Shown here one piece after another: positions 30,052 through 39,562 of a DNA stretch of 61,927 nucleotides. Each line of letters starts with the position of its first letter. Position 1 is the first letter of the stretch. The position numbers and the translations under genes were made by a program. The stretch covers positions 1 to 61,927 of the forward strand of contig SABL01000002.1 in the NCBI GenBank assembly GCA_009928985.1, in the 5' to 3' direction. Under the pieces are notes generated by a model, which was given only the letters and a program-made list of their open reading frames with translations, was not told where the DNA came from and made no database searches. The stretch comes from Clostridia bacterium (GTDB lineage: Bacteria; Bacillota; Clostridia; Saccharofermentanales; UBA5734).

Positions 30052-31266
30052 TCAGAGCAATCCGTTGCGCTGCTTCATCTGGGCAACGACTTTCATCGGC
30101 AGGCCAAACAGGTTGATAAAGCCAGTGGCATCGGCCTGGTTGTAGACCTCGTCCTCAGCAAAGGTCGAGAGTTCTTCCTGGTAGAGGGAGAAGGGGGAGG
30201 TGGTGCCAGCCGGGAAAACATTGCCCTTATAGAGCTTGAGGCGGACCTTGCCGGTGACGGTCTCCTGGGTCTTGTCAAAGAAGGCGTCCATGGCTTCACG
30301 CAGTGGATGGAACCACTGGCCGAAATAAACCAGCTCGGCATAGCGCTGAGCCTGGACATCCTTGTGGTGGAGGGTGTCGCGGTCGATGCAGAGCAGTTCG
30401 AGTTCACGGTGCGCGGCATACATCAGGGTGCCGCCGGGGGTTTCATAGACGCCACGCGACTTCATGCCGACCAGGCGATTCTCGACCATGTCCACAATAC
30501 CGACTCCGTTGGCGCCGCCAATTTCGTTCAGGCGTTTCAGGAGCTCGACCGGAGCGAGCGCTTCGCCATCGACTTTGACCGGGATGCCTTTTTCAAATTC
30601 GATCTCAACATAAGTCGGCTGGTCTGGCGCTTTTTCCGGGGTGACGCTGAGTTCGAGGATCTTCTCATAATTGGGCTCGTTGGCCGGGCTCTCGAGATCC
30701 ATGCCTTCATGGCTCAGGTGCCAGAGGTTCTGGTCCATCGAATAGTTGTTGGCCTTGGTGACCGGGACCGGAATGCCGCGCTCGTTGGCGTAATCGATCT
30801 CTTCATCACGTGATTTGAGATCCCAGATGCGCCAGGGGGCTATGATCTTGAGATCCGGAGCCAGGGCTTTGACGGTCAGTTCGAAACGGACCTGGTCGTT
30901 GCCTTTGCCGGTTGCGCCGTGGGCGATCGCGGTGCAATTTTCGCGGCGGGCGATCTCGACCATGCGCTTGGCAATGACCGGGCGGGCAAAAGAAGTACCG
31001 AGCAAGTACTTGCCTTCATAGACAGCGCCAGCCTTGAGGGTCGGGTAGACATAATCCGTGATGAATTCCTCGGCGATATCCTCAATAAAGCAAGCGACCG
31101 CGCCACATTTCATCGCTTTGGCCTTGAGTGCTTCATGGTCGAGTCCGAGACCAACCTCGCCAGCCATGGCGACGACTTCGCAGTCATAATGTTCAAGCAG
31201 CCAGGGGATGATGATCGACGTATCGAGTCCGCCGGAATAAGCGAGGAGAATTCTTTCTTTGGCCAT
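30052..31266 (-). CDS. argG: Argininosuccinate synthase
   Basis: [17 protein letters not shown]... ATG at 31266 with a GGAGGTG RBS. The track ORF extends 8 codons further, which I do not accept. Confidence 0.96.
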   Translation of the reverse strand: MAKERILLAYSGGLDTSIIIPWLLEHYDCEVVAMAGEVGLGLDHEALKAKAMKCGAVACFIEDIAEEFITDYVYPTLKAGAVYEGKYLLGTSFARPVIAKRMVEIARRENCTAIAHGATGKGNDQVRFELTVKALAPDLKIIAPWRIWDLKSRDEEIDYANERGIPVPVTKANNYSMDQNLWHLSHEGMDLESPANEPNYEKILELSVTPEKAPDQPTYVEIEFEKGIPVKVDGEALAPVELLKRLNEIGGANGVGIVDMVENRLVGMKSRGVYETPGGTLMYAAHRELELLCIDRDTLHHKDVQAQRYAELVYFGQWFHPLREAMDAFFDKTQETVTGKVRLKLYKGNVFPAGTTSPFSLYQEELSTFAEDEVYNQADATGFINLFGLPMKVVAQMKQRNGLL

Positions 31267-31283
31267 GGGGGCACCTCCAGAAA

Positions 31284-31301
31284 TGTGCATAAATATTCAT
31301 A
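31284..31301. promoter_or_regulatory. ARG box (ArgR/AhrC operator) upstream of argG
   Basis: TGTGCATAAATATTCATA matches the consensus TNTGAATWWWWATTCANW at 15 of 16 defined positions. It lies 18 nt upstream of the argG start codon. Confidence 0.55.
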
Positions 31302-31381
31302 GATTTGCATACAGAACCCTTTTTCGCGGGATCAGACCGTACTATTATAGCGCCTGTCAGCTGCTTTGTCATGGGGGTGGG

Positions 31382-31466
31382 GGTGGCAGGGGGCCATCCG
31401 GCTTGCTAGAGACTCCTCGCCGCTGTGCGGCTGCGGAACTCGCCGCCGGATGGCCCCCCTGCCACC
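31382..31466. repeat. Perfect 21-bp inverted repeat with a 42-43-nt loop, flanked by G-runs
   Basis: GGTGGCAGGGGGCCATCCGGC (31382-31402) is complementary to GCCGGATGGCCCCCCTGCCACC (31445-31466). It is preceded by GGGGGTGGGGGTGG. Confidence 0.85.
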
Positions 31467-31514
31467 GGAAAGGCTTGATTGGGGCTTGGTGGGTGCGGCC
31501 CCCGGTGCAACTAT

Positions 31515-31670
31515 CGGCAATTACCGTAGAAGAGGTCACTCATCGCGCCAAGTCTGGATGCCTGCGCGGCAATTGCTGCAGAAGAGGTCACCCCTCGAGC
31601 CAAGCTTGGCTACCCGCGCGGCAATTGCCATTTTCAGGGCCACCCCTCGCCCTCGGTTCCATCCCTCGAC
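31515..31670. repeat. 52-bp tandem repeat, 3 decaying units
   Basis: CGGCAATT recurs at 31515, 31567 and 31619, an exact 52-nt period. Units 1 and 2 share AGAAGAGGTCAC..C.TCG.GCCAAG..TGG.T. Unit 3 is degenerate. Confidence 0.8.
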
Positions 31671-31842
31671 CGCTCCAGACTTTGCACAGGGCCAAGGATC
31701 GTCCCGGTTCAAGTCCGCTTTTGAGCAAAAGGGCCTGATGTTCCAAGTTAAGTGCCTGAAGTCACACCAAATGAGACTTCGTATGGTATAATACCTGTCT
31801 GTTCGGACCTAGGCAGCACAGCTGCCTGCAAATGCGGACAAT

Positions 31843-32766
31843 TTGATTTTGCATGAGCGGATACACCTGACAGTTACCTGCCAGATGCAGGCCTGCTTGT
31901 GCCAAAGGGGGCTTTTTACCTTGGCTTACCCAATCATTGACAGTCTGACTGGCGCCTGGATCCATGTCGATGGCCAAAAGGTCGCGGCAACAGATTCGGA
32001 TGCGCAGTTTTGTTTTGCGCCGACCGAAGAAAAAATGTTCTACGAGGTCATCCGGGTCGAGGAGCAGACGCCACTTTTCTGGGAGGACCATCTGGAGCGA
32101 CTGCGCCAGTCCATCGCCGGGCAATTTGCAATTCCGGACAGACTCTATCAGGACAGTCTGGCACTGATCCGGGCCAACCGGGTGGAGCAATCGAACTTGC
32201 GCCTGGTCCTGACCAGACAACACACGATCCTGCACCAGATCCCATCCTATTATCCTACGCCCGAACAGATGCAGCAGGGGGTGCCCACTGGTATTTTGAA
32301 CTGGGAACGCGAGAATCCGAATGTCAAAATGATCAACAGCGATTATAAAACGGCAGTCGCAGATCGGTTCGCCGCCGGTGGTCCGTTCGGCCCCTTGTTT
32401 GAGTTGCTGCTGGCTGATCGCAACGGTGATCTGACCGAGGGGTCGCGTTCCAATTTGTTTTTCATCCGCGGCAACGACGTCTGCACCGCGCCAGACAGCC
32501 GGATTCTCAAAGGAATCACCCGTAAATACGTCACCTCAGCCATCGCTGCGGCTGGCGGCGAGCTGGTCGAGAACATGCTGACCTACCAGGACATCATAGC
32601 CGGCGCAGTCGATGCGGCATTCCTGTCCGGATCCCCGATCGACCTGCTGCCGATAGCGGCCATCGAAGACATCGAGCTGCCCTCGGCCTGCAACCCCTTG
32701 TTCGTCCGGATCAACCAGGCCTACCAGCAGATCGTGCGCGACTACCTTGACAGCCACCACCCTTGA
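31843..32766 (+). CDS. Class IV aminotransferase (branched-chain aminotransferase / aminodeoxychorismate lyase family)
   Basis: FYEVIRVEE..., NSDYKTAV, GILKGITR and FLSGSPIDLLPI blocks. The start is uncertain: TTG at 31843 or ATG at 31885. An extended -10 TGGTATAAT lies at 31784-31792. Confidence 0.78.
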   Translation: MILHERIHLTVTCQMQACLCQRGLFTLAYPIIDSLTGAWIHVDGQKVAATDSDAQFCFAPTEEKMFYEVIRVEEQTPLFWEDHLERLRQSIAGQFAIPDRLYQDSLALIRANRVEQSNLRLVLTRQHTILHQIPSYYPTPEQMQQGVPTGILNWERENPNVKMINSDYKTAVADRFAAGGPFGPLFELLLADRNGDLTEGSRSNLFFIRGNDVCTAPDSRILKGITRKYVTSAIAAAGGELVENMLTYQDIIAGAVDAAFLSGSPIDLLPIAAIEDIELPSACNPLFVRINQAYQQIVRDYLDSHHP

Positions 32767-32776
32767 CAGCCACCAT
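32745..32776 (+). repeat. 16-nt tandem duplication spanning the aminotransferase stop codon
   Basis: CCTTGACAGCCACCAC followed by CCTTGACAGCCACCAT (15/16 identical). The TGA stop (32764-32766) lies inside copy 2. Confidence 0.9.
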
Positions 32777-32910
32777 CCCTGGCAATCGCCTGCCTAGTCG
32801 CGCCACGACGGCCCAGCACCGCACGACCCGGGCTAAGCCCCAAAAACTTGTCCACACCGGTCCCCAAACCGGCAAAATAAATTGTATGGTATTACAAGGA
32901 GGAAATTTTC

Positions 32911-34854
32911 ATGCAAACCGAACATGGCACCGTATCAGTCAACACGGAGAATATCTTCCCGATCATCCGCAAATGGCTGTATTCCGACCAGGACATTTTC
33001 CTGCGCGAACTCGTTTCCAATGCCACGGATGCTGTCGCCAAGCTCAAGCGCCTCGCCATCCTCGGCGAGGCTGAAATTCCTGAGGATGAATCCTACCGGA
33101 TTGATGTGGTCTATGACAGTGAAGCAGGTACGCTGGCGATCAGCGATAACGGCATCGGCATGACGGCTGACGAGATCCGCACCTACATCAACCAGATCGC
33201 CTTCTCCGGCGCAATGGATTTTGTCGAGAAGTACAAGGAAAAAGGTGCTGAAACCACCGGCATCATCGGCCATTTCGGCCTCGGCTTCTATTCGGCCTTC
33301 ATGGTCGCCGACAACGTCCGCATCGACACCTTATCCTTCCAGCCCGGCGCCGAAGCTGCCAGCTGGTTGAGCGAAGATGGCATGGCCTATGACATGGGTC
33401 CCTCCGACCGTGCCACCCGTGGCACCACCATCACGCTGACTTTATCCGAAGAAGGCAAGACCTTCATCACAACAGCTAAAATCGAGGAAATCCTCGAAAA
33501 ATATTGCAATTTCATGCCCTTCCCGATCTATCTGAAGGACGTTGTCGCCGAGGCGGCCAAAGCCAAGGCTGCAGCCGAGCGTGCCGAAAAAGCCACAGTT
33601 GAAAAGGCGGACGAAACCAAGGACATCACCCCTGACGACGAGACGATTGTCGATGAGCTCCTCGACGAAGCACCGGAAAAGCCGGTCAATGACACCACGC
33701 CGCTCTGGCTCAAGGATCCCAAGGACTGCAGCGACGAGGACTACAAGGTTTTTTTCCGCAAAACCTTCAAAGACTACCGCGACCCGCTGTTCTGGATTCA
33801 CCTCAACATCGACTATCCGTTCAACCTCAAGGGCATCCTTTATTTCCCGAAAACCGACAATGTCTATGAAAGTCTGGAAGGCCGGATCAAGATCTACTAC
33901 AACCAGGTCTTCGTCGCCGACAACATCAAAGAGATCATCCCCGAATTCCTCTTCCTCCTCAAAGGCGCCCTCGACTGCCCGGATCTGCCGCTCAACGTCT
34001 CCAGAAGTTTCCTGCAGAACGACGAATATGTCTCCAAGCTCTCCAGCCACATCATTCGCAAAGTGGCCGACAAGCTCAGTTCCCTGTTCAAGAATGAGCG
34101 TGAGCAGTTCGAAAAATACTGGCAGGATATCGGGGTCTTTGTCCGCTATGGCATGATGCGCGACGACAAGTTCTATGACAAGGTCAAGGACATCGCCTTG
34201 TACAAAACGGTCGAAGCGACTTATAAAACCCAGGCCGAACTGGGCGAAGCGATCCATTATACGCCAGATGCCAACAAGCAGGTCGCCTATGTCGAACGCG
34301 CCAAGGCTCGTGGCCTGACGGTCGTGGTTATGGATCATGAGCTGGATAATCATTTCATGTCCTTCCTCGAATACAAAAACCACGCTGTCAAATTCAAGCG
34401 CGTCGATGCCGACCTCGGCGGTGAGCAGGGCGATGATTCACAAAAGGAAGCCGTTGAAACGCTGTTCCGCGCGGCGACCGGCAAGGAAAAACTGGCGGTC
34501 AAGCTGATGACTCTCGGTGCAGACGCTTTGCCGGCGATGATCCTCGAATCTGAAGAGGCCCGCCGCATGCAGGAAATGCGCAAGCAATTCGAGCGCATGG
34601 GTTCCGGCGATGATACAATGGATCTGGATAGCCTGTTCCCAATGGAGCAAACCCTGGTCATCAACCAGGACCAGCCGCTGGTCGCCCGCCTCAAGGCAAT
34701 GGCCGACGTCCCCGCCCAGAAGGACCGAGCTGCCGAATTGGCCAGCCATTTATATGACTTGGCCCGACTCGGCCATGGATCCCTGACTGCCGACGAACTG
34801 GCCTCCTTTTTGAAACGCAGCGCCAGCCTGCTCCAGGATTTGGCCAACCAATAA
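32911..34854 (+). CDS. htpG: Molecular chaperone HtpG (Hsp90)
   Basis: 647 aa. FLRELVSNATDA, SDNGIGMT and GHFGLGFYSAFMVA. AAGGAGG RBS. Confidence 0.96.
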   Translation: MQTEHGTVSVNTENIFPIIRKWLYSDQDIFLRELVSNATDAVAKLKRLAILGEAEIPEDESYRIDVVYDSEAGTLAISDNGIGMTADEIRTYINQIAFSGAMDFVEKYKEKGAETTGIIGHFGLGFYSAFMVADNVRIDTLSFQPGAEAASWLSEDGMAYDMGPSDRATRGTTITLTLSEEGKTFITTAKIEEILEKYCNFMPFPIYLKDVVAEAAKAKAAAERAEKATVEKADETKDITPDDETIVDELLDEAPEKPVNDTTPLWLKDPKDCSDEDYKVFFRKTFKDYRDPLFWIHLNIDYPFNLKGILYFPKTDNVYESLEGRIKIYYNQVFVADNIKEIIPEFLFLLKGALDCPDLPLNVSRSFLQNDEYVSKLSSHIIRKVADKLSSLFKNEREQFEKYWQDIGVFVRYGMMRDDKFYDKVKDIALYKTVEATYKTQAELGEAIHYTPDANKQVAYVERAKARGLTVVVMDHELDNHFMSFLEYKNHAVKFKRVDADLGGEQGDDSQKEAVETLFRAATGKEKLAVKLMTLGADALPAMILESEEARRMQEMRKQFERMGSGDDTMDLDSLFPMEQTLVINQDQPLVARLKAMADVPAQKDRAAELASHLYDLARLGHGSLTADELASFLKRSASLLQDLANQ

Positions 34855-34893
34855 GACCGTCATAAAAGCATTTTGCGGAGAAATGGTGGAACC

Positions 34894-37800
34894 ATGAGCA
34901 AAAATGAAATTGTACGCCGTGTCACTGTCGTCAAACGTCCGGGTTTCGATGTCGAAGCCACCGGCCTTGCGGCTGATCTGAAGAAGAACCTGGGGATCAA
35001 GGGCCTTGAGTCGGTCCGGATTTTCAACCGCTATGACTTGTCGGGGCTGACGGATGATGAATTCAACCTGTCCCTGACCCATGTGCTCTCCGAACCGCCG
35101 GTCGACGATTGCTTCGTGGGCCAGGCGGACTTCTCCGGCTTTGATGTCGTTTTTGCTGTTGAAGCCTTGCCGGGCCAGTACGACCAGCGTGCTGACTCGG
35201 CTGCCCAGTGCATCCAGCTGATGACCTGCGGCGAACGCCCCCTGGTGAAAACGGCCCATGTCTATGCCCTGACCGGCACCCTGAGCGCAGAGGACATTGA
35301 AACGATCAAACGCTGGCTGATCAACCCGGTCGAGAGCCGGGAAGCCAGCCTTGCATTGCCGCAGTCCCTCGAAGACCAACTCGAACCGCCGGCTGACATA
35401 GAAACGGTCCAGGGATTCATCACAATGAGCGATGACGATCTGGCCACTTTGTTGCAAACAGGCGGATTTGCGATGTCGCTGGCCGATCTCCAGTTCACCC
35501 GCAGCTGGTTCCAGCAAGAACAACGCGACCCGTCCTGGACCGAGCTCAAGGTACTCGATACGTATTGGTCAGACCATTGCCGTCACACCACCTTCCTGAC
35601 CCGTATCACTTCGGTCGCGATCCCGCAGGACCAGGCGATGGGCCAGCGACTGCAGGCGGTTTATGACGATTACCAGCACCGGCGCGAGGCCCTCTATCAG
35701 GGCCGGATTGCCGAAAAGCCGGTCTGCCTGATGGATCTGGCTACCCTGGCGATGAAACAGCTGCGCCAGGATGGACGCCTCCAGGGCCTCGACGAGTCCG
35801 AAGAGATCAACGCCTGCAGCATCCGGGTCAGCATTCCGGTCAATGGCGCAAACCAGGACTACCTGGTGATGTTCAAAAACGAAACCCACAATCACCCGAC
35901 CGAAATCGAGCCTTTTGGCGGCGCGGCCACCTGCCTGGGTGGTGCGATTCGCGACCCGCTCTCCGGCCGTTCCTATGTCTACCAGGCGATGCGCGTCACC
36001 GGCAGCGGTGACCCGACGGTCCCGGTCCAGAAGACCATGCCGGGCAAACTGCCCCAGCGCAAAATCACGACGACTGCAGCGGCCGGCTACAGCTCCTATG
36101 GCAACCAGATCGGTCTGTCCACGGGCCAGGTCGAGGAGATCTACCATCCTGGCTACATCGCCAAACGGATGGAGATCGGCGCCGTCATCGCCGCCGCCCC
36201 GGCTGACAATGTCCGGCGCGAAGTCCCGGCCCCGGGCGATGTCGTCATCCTTCTAGGCGGCCGCACAGGCCGTGATGGCTGTGGCGGTGCGACCGGCTCC
36301 TCCAAAGCCCATACCGAGGAATCGATCATCACCTGCGGTTCCGAAGTCCAGAAGGGCAACCCGCCGACCGAACGCAAGATCCAGCGCCTGTTCCGCAACC
36401 CGGGCGTTTCTAACCTGATCAAACGCTGCAATGACTTCGGTGCCGGGGGCGTTTCCGTCGCCATCGGCGAACTGGCAGCTGGCCTGCGGATCGACCTCGA
36501 CCGCGTACCGAGAAAATACGAAGGCCTCGACGGCACCGAGCTGGCAATTTCCGAATCCCAGGAACGCATGGCTGTTGTCGTCGCATCAGGTGATGCTGAC
36601 CACATGATCACAGCTGCGGCCAAGGAAAACCTCGAAGCCGTCGTAGTGGCCGAAGTCACAGCTGAGCCGCGCATGGTCATGCACTGGCGCGGCCGGACCA
36701 TTGTCGACTTGGCGCGCGCTTTCATCGACACCAACGGTGCTCCCCAGTCGGCTGAAGTCGCGATCGAATTGCCCGACATGACCCAAACCTACTTCGATCA
36801 GCCCCAGAAGGGCAGCTACCAAGTCCCGATGTCCTACTTGGCTGAACCGGACACCTTTGCCGACCAGCTCTCTGCACGCCTCGGTGCGCTCAATGCCTGC
36901 TCCCGCAAAGGCCTGGTCGAACGCTTTGACAGTACGATCGGCGCCGGTTCGGTCCTGATGCCGTTTGGTGGCCGCCGCCAACTGACCCCCGAGGAAGGCA
37001 TGGCAGCCCTGATCCCGGTCCTCGAGGGCGAAACCGATGCCACGACCCTGATGACCTTTGGCTTTGATGCTGACTTGTCCAACTGGAGCCCCTTCCACGG
37101 TGCTTACTATGCGGTTGCCCAGTCTCTGGCCAAAATCACGGCCCTCGGCGGTGACCCGCGCAAAGCCTACCTGACCTTCCAGGAATATTTCGAACGACTG
37201 ACCACCGCCCAGAAATGGGGCAAACCGACAGCCGCCCTGCTTGGCGCCTTCCAGGCCCAGCTTGATTTCGGTGTGGCCGCCATTGGCGGCAAGGACAGCA
37301 TGTCCGGTAGTTTCATGGACCTCCATGTGCCACCGACGCTGGTCTCCTTTGCTGTTGCTGTCGAGTCAGCGGGCAAAGTCCTCTCCGCCAGCTTCCGGAA
37401 ACCGGACCAGACCCTGGTCCTGCTGCCAGTGCCGGTGGACGAGCTCTACCTGCCAGAACACAGCGAGTACCTTGCAAACCTCGACCTCGTCCGCAAGCTT
37501 CACCTCGAGGGCCATATCGCCGCCGCGGCTACTGTCCAGGGCAGCGGCCTGGCTGTTGCGGTCTGCAAAATGTGCTTTGGCGAGCACCTCGGTTTTGTTT
37601 TCGCCGAGACTTTGCCACCCGAGGACCTGTTCCGACCCCAGCCGGCTGCGCTCCTGGTCGTCCCGACCAGCGCCTCCGCTTTGCAGGCCTTGCTCGACCA
37701 GGGCGGTGAAGTCGTCGGTTGTTCAACCCAGACCGATGCCTTTATTTACCATGGTGCAACCCTCAGCATTGATAAAGCTCTCGCCGCCTGGGAAGGCAAG

Positions 37801-38709
37801 CTGGAAAAGGTTTTCGCCACCCGGGCTGACCAGACTGCCATCTATCCAGACCTCACGACCCTGGCCCCGGTTGACTGGTCATCCATCCATATGAGCCAGG
37901 GCAAAGCCAAACCGCGGGTCTTCATTCCCGTTTTCCCAGGGACCAACTGCGAATACGACACCCAGAAGGCCTTCCACAAGGCCGGTGCCGAGGTCGAGAT
38001 CCTCGTCGTCAGGAACCGGACTGCAGACGATATCGCCCAGACCCTCGAGGCGATGGCCCAAGGCATCGCCCGGTCCCAGATCCTGATGTTGCCCGGCGGC
38101 TTCTCCGGCGGCGACGAACCGGAAGGTTCCGGCAAATTCATTGCCGCCACCCTGAGAAATCCCCAGATTGCCGACCAGATCCGCCAGCTGCTCTTTATCC
38201 GCGATGGCCTGGCCCTGGGCATCTGCAACGGCTTCCAGGCCCTGGTCAAGCTCGGCTTGCTGCCCTATGGCGACATCGTCGAGTTGACTGCTGACAGCCC
38301 GACCCTGACCTTCAACACAATCGGCCGCCATGTGTCCCAGTACGTGACGACGAAAATCTCCGACAATCGCTCGCCCTGGCTGATGTACACCCAGCCCGGC
38401 GACTTGCACCAGATCCCGGTTTCCCATGGTGAGGGCCGCTTTGCCGCCACCCCGGCGGTGCTCCAGACTCTGATCGACCAGCGCCAGATCGCCACCCAGT
38501 ATGTTGATCCAGCTGGCAAGCCGACCGGCCTTTCGGCCTACAACCCCAATGGCTCGGTCGCTGCCATCGAAGGTATCACTAGCCCGGACGGCCGGATCCT
38601 GGGCAAGATGGGCCATTCCGAGCGTCTCGGCCACCATCTGGCAAAAAACATCCCTGGCGCCAAAGACCAGCGGATCTTCGAAGCGGGGGTTGCCTATTTC
38701 ACCCGCTGA
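34894..38709 (+). CDS. purL: Phosphoribosylformylglycinamidine synthase, single-chain large form
   Basis: About 1270 aa. NHPTEIEPFGGAATCLGG and a C-terminal glutaminase domain (ICNGFQAL, HGEGRF). ATG at 34894. Confidence 0.95.
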   Translation: MSKNEIVRRVTVVKRPGFDVEATGLAADLKKNLGIKGLESVRIFNRYDLSGLTDDEFNLSLTHVLSEPPVDDCFVGQADFSGFDVVFAVEALPGQYDQRADSAAQCIQLMTCGERPLVKTAHVYALTGTLSAEDIETIKRWLINPVESREASLALPQSLEDQLEPPADIETVQGFITMSDDDLATLLQTGGFAMSLADLQFTRSWFQQEQRDPSWTELKVLDTYWSDHCRHTTFLTRITSVAIPQDQAMGQRLQAVYDDYQHRREALYQGRIAEKPVCLMDLATLAMKQLRQDGRLQGLDESEEINACSIRVSIPVNGANQDYLVMFKNETHNHPTEIEPFGGAATCLGGAIRDPLSGRSYVYQAMRVTGSGDPTVPVQKTMPGKLPQRKITTTAAAGYSSYGNQIGLSTGQVEEIYHPGYIAKRMEIGAVIAAAPADNVRREVPAPGDVVILLGGRTGRDGCGGATGSSKAHTEESIITCGSEVQKGNPPTERKIQRLFRNPGVSNLIKRCNDFGAGGVSVAIGELAAGLRIDLDRVPRKYEGLDGTELAISESQERMAVVVASGDADHMITAAAKENLEAVVVAEVTAEPRMVMHWRGRTIVDLARAFIDTNGAPQSAEVAIELPDMTQTYFDQPQKGSYQVPMSYLAEPDTFADQLSARLGALNACSRKGLVERFDSTIGAGSVLMPFGGRRQLTPEEGMAALIPVLEGETDATTLMTFGFDADLSNWSPFHGAYYAVAQSLAKITALGGDPRKAYLTFQEYFERLTTAQKWGKPTAALLGAFQAQLDFGVAAIGGKDSMSGSFMDLHVPPTLVSFAVAVESAGKVLSASFRKPDQTLVLLPVPVDELYLPEHSEYLANLDLVRKLHLEGHIAAAATVQGSGLAVAVCKMCFGEHLGFVFAETLPPEDLFRPQPAALLVVPTSASALQALLDQGGEVVGCSTQTDAFIYHGATLSIDKALAAWEGKLEKVFATRADQTAIYPDLTTLAPVDWSSIHMSQGKAKPRVFIPVFPGTNCEYDTQKAFHKAGAEVEILVVRNRTADDIAQTLEAMAQGIARSQILMLPGGFSGGDEPEGSGKFIAATLRNPQIADQIRQLLFIRDGLALGICNGFQALVKLGLLPYGDIVELTADSPTLTFNTIGRHVSQYVTTKISDNRSPWLMYTQPGDLHQIPVSHGEGRFAATPAVLQTLIDQRQIATQYVDPAGKPTGLSAYNPNGSVAAIEGITSPDGRILGKMGHSERLGHHLAKNIPGAKDQRIFEAGVAYFTR

Positions 38710-38724
38710 TCGGGGGCGAATTCC

Positions 38725-39453
38725 ATGTTTGCCTGGCCTGTAAAAAAACCAGTGCCCCAGGACAACGAAACTGCCGAACCTGATCTGGATACCAGGATCG
38801 CGGCTTGGCAGCGCACCCAGGACGTCACAGCGGCTGACCGCCTGATCACGGCCTACCAGCCCTTTATCCGCAAGACTGTCGCCAGCTTGTCGGGCCGCTA
38901 CATAGATACGGCCAACGATGAGGAATGGTCGATCGGTCTTGCGGCTTTTTACGAAGCCATGCAGCGCTTTGTCCCAGGCAAAGGTTCTTTCCTGAGTTTT
39001 GCCCGCCTGGTGATAGCCAGCCGTCTCAAGACCTACTGGCAGCAGGAGCACAAAACCCGCACCCTGAACCTGGACGATATGGAATTGGCCGAGAATGATG
39101 TCGATCGCCTGGCCCGGGAACTCAGCATGGCTGACGACATCCGCAGGCTGGCTGCTGAACTCTATTCCTACGGCATCTTGTTTTCGGATCTGGTCCAGTC
39201 GACCCCTAAACACCAGGACACGCGGCAAAACGTGCTGGCGATTGCCAAGACGGTGAGCCATGATGATGAGCTGATGGCTGTGATCCGGCAGAAAAAGCGC
39301 TTGCCGGTTCAAAAGATTGCCACCAAGCTTGCCGTCAGTGCCAAGGTAGTCAAGCGCAACCGCATCTATCTGCTGGCTGCCACCCTCGTTTACAGCCAGC
39401 CCGACTCCGAGGTCGCCGCCTGGCTCGACGAAGTCCGCGGACATAAGGCATGA
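38725..39453 (+). CDS. sigI: RNA polymerase sigma factor SigI
   Basis: The block YQPFIRKTVASLSGRYIDTANDEEWSIGLAAFYEAMQRF... closely parallels B. subtilis SigI as I remember it. It starts 15 nt after the purL stop. Confidence 0.85.
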   Translation: MFAWPVKKPVPQDNETAEPDLDTRIAAWQRTQDVTAADRLITAYQPFIRKTVASLSGRYIDTANDEEWSIGLAAFYEAMQRFVPGKGSFLSFARLVIASRLKTYWQQEHKTRTLNLDDMELAENDVDRLARELSMADDIRRLAAELYSYGILFSDLVQSTPKHQDTRQNVLAIAKTVSHDDELMAVIRQKKRLPVQKIATKLAVSAKVVKRNRIYLLAATLVYSQPDSEVAAWLDEVRGHKA

Positions 39454-39562
39454 CAGATCAAAATTCCCATCTGATCGCAAAAAAGGTCCCCAAACCTGAC
39501 GGCCCAGCCGTACTGTATGGTGAACCTAGCAAGCGACTGATTCACGAAGAGAGGTGAAAACC

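Noticed and set aside
31515-31670. Possible CRISPR array (regularly spaced repeats). The same question applies to 15614-15727.
   Set aside because: The repeat units abut each other with no unique spacers. There are only 2-3 units, the unit lengths (52 and 60 bp) are atypical, and no cas genes are in the window. These are tandem duplications, not CRISPR.
31706-31716. GGTTCAAGTCC, which resembles a tRNA T-loop.
   Set aside because: The flanking bases do not form a T-stem (TCCCG against TCCGC), and no acceptor, D or anticodon arms can be drawn. It is not a tRNA.
31259-31791. Two overlapping plus-strand ORFs (159 aa and 141 aa) spanning the argG upstream region.
   Set aside because: They run through the inverted and tandem repeats and are Arg/Pro/Gly/Ala-rich. 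They lack an RBS, and one starts inside the argG coding region. They are most likely not coding.
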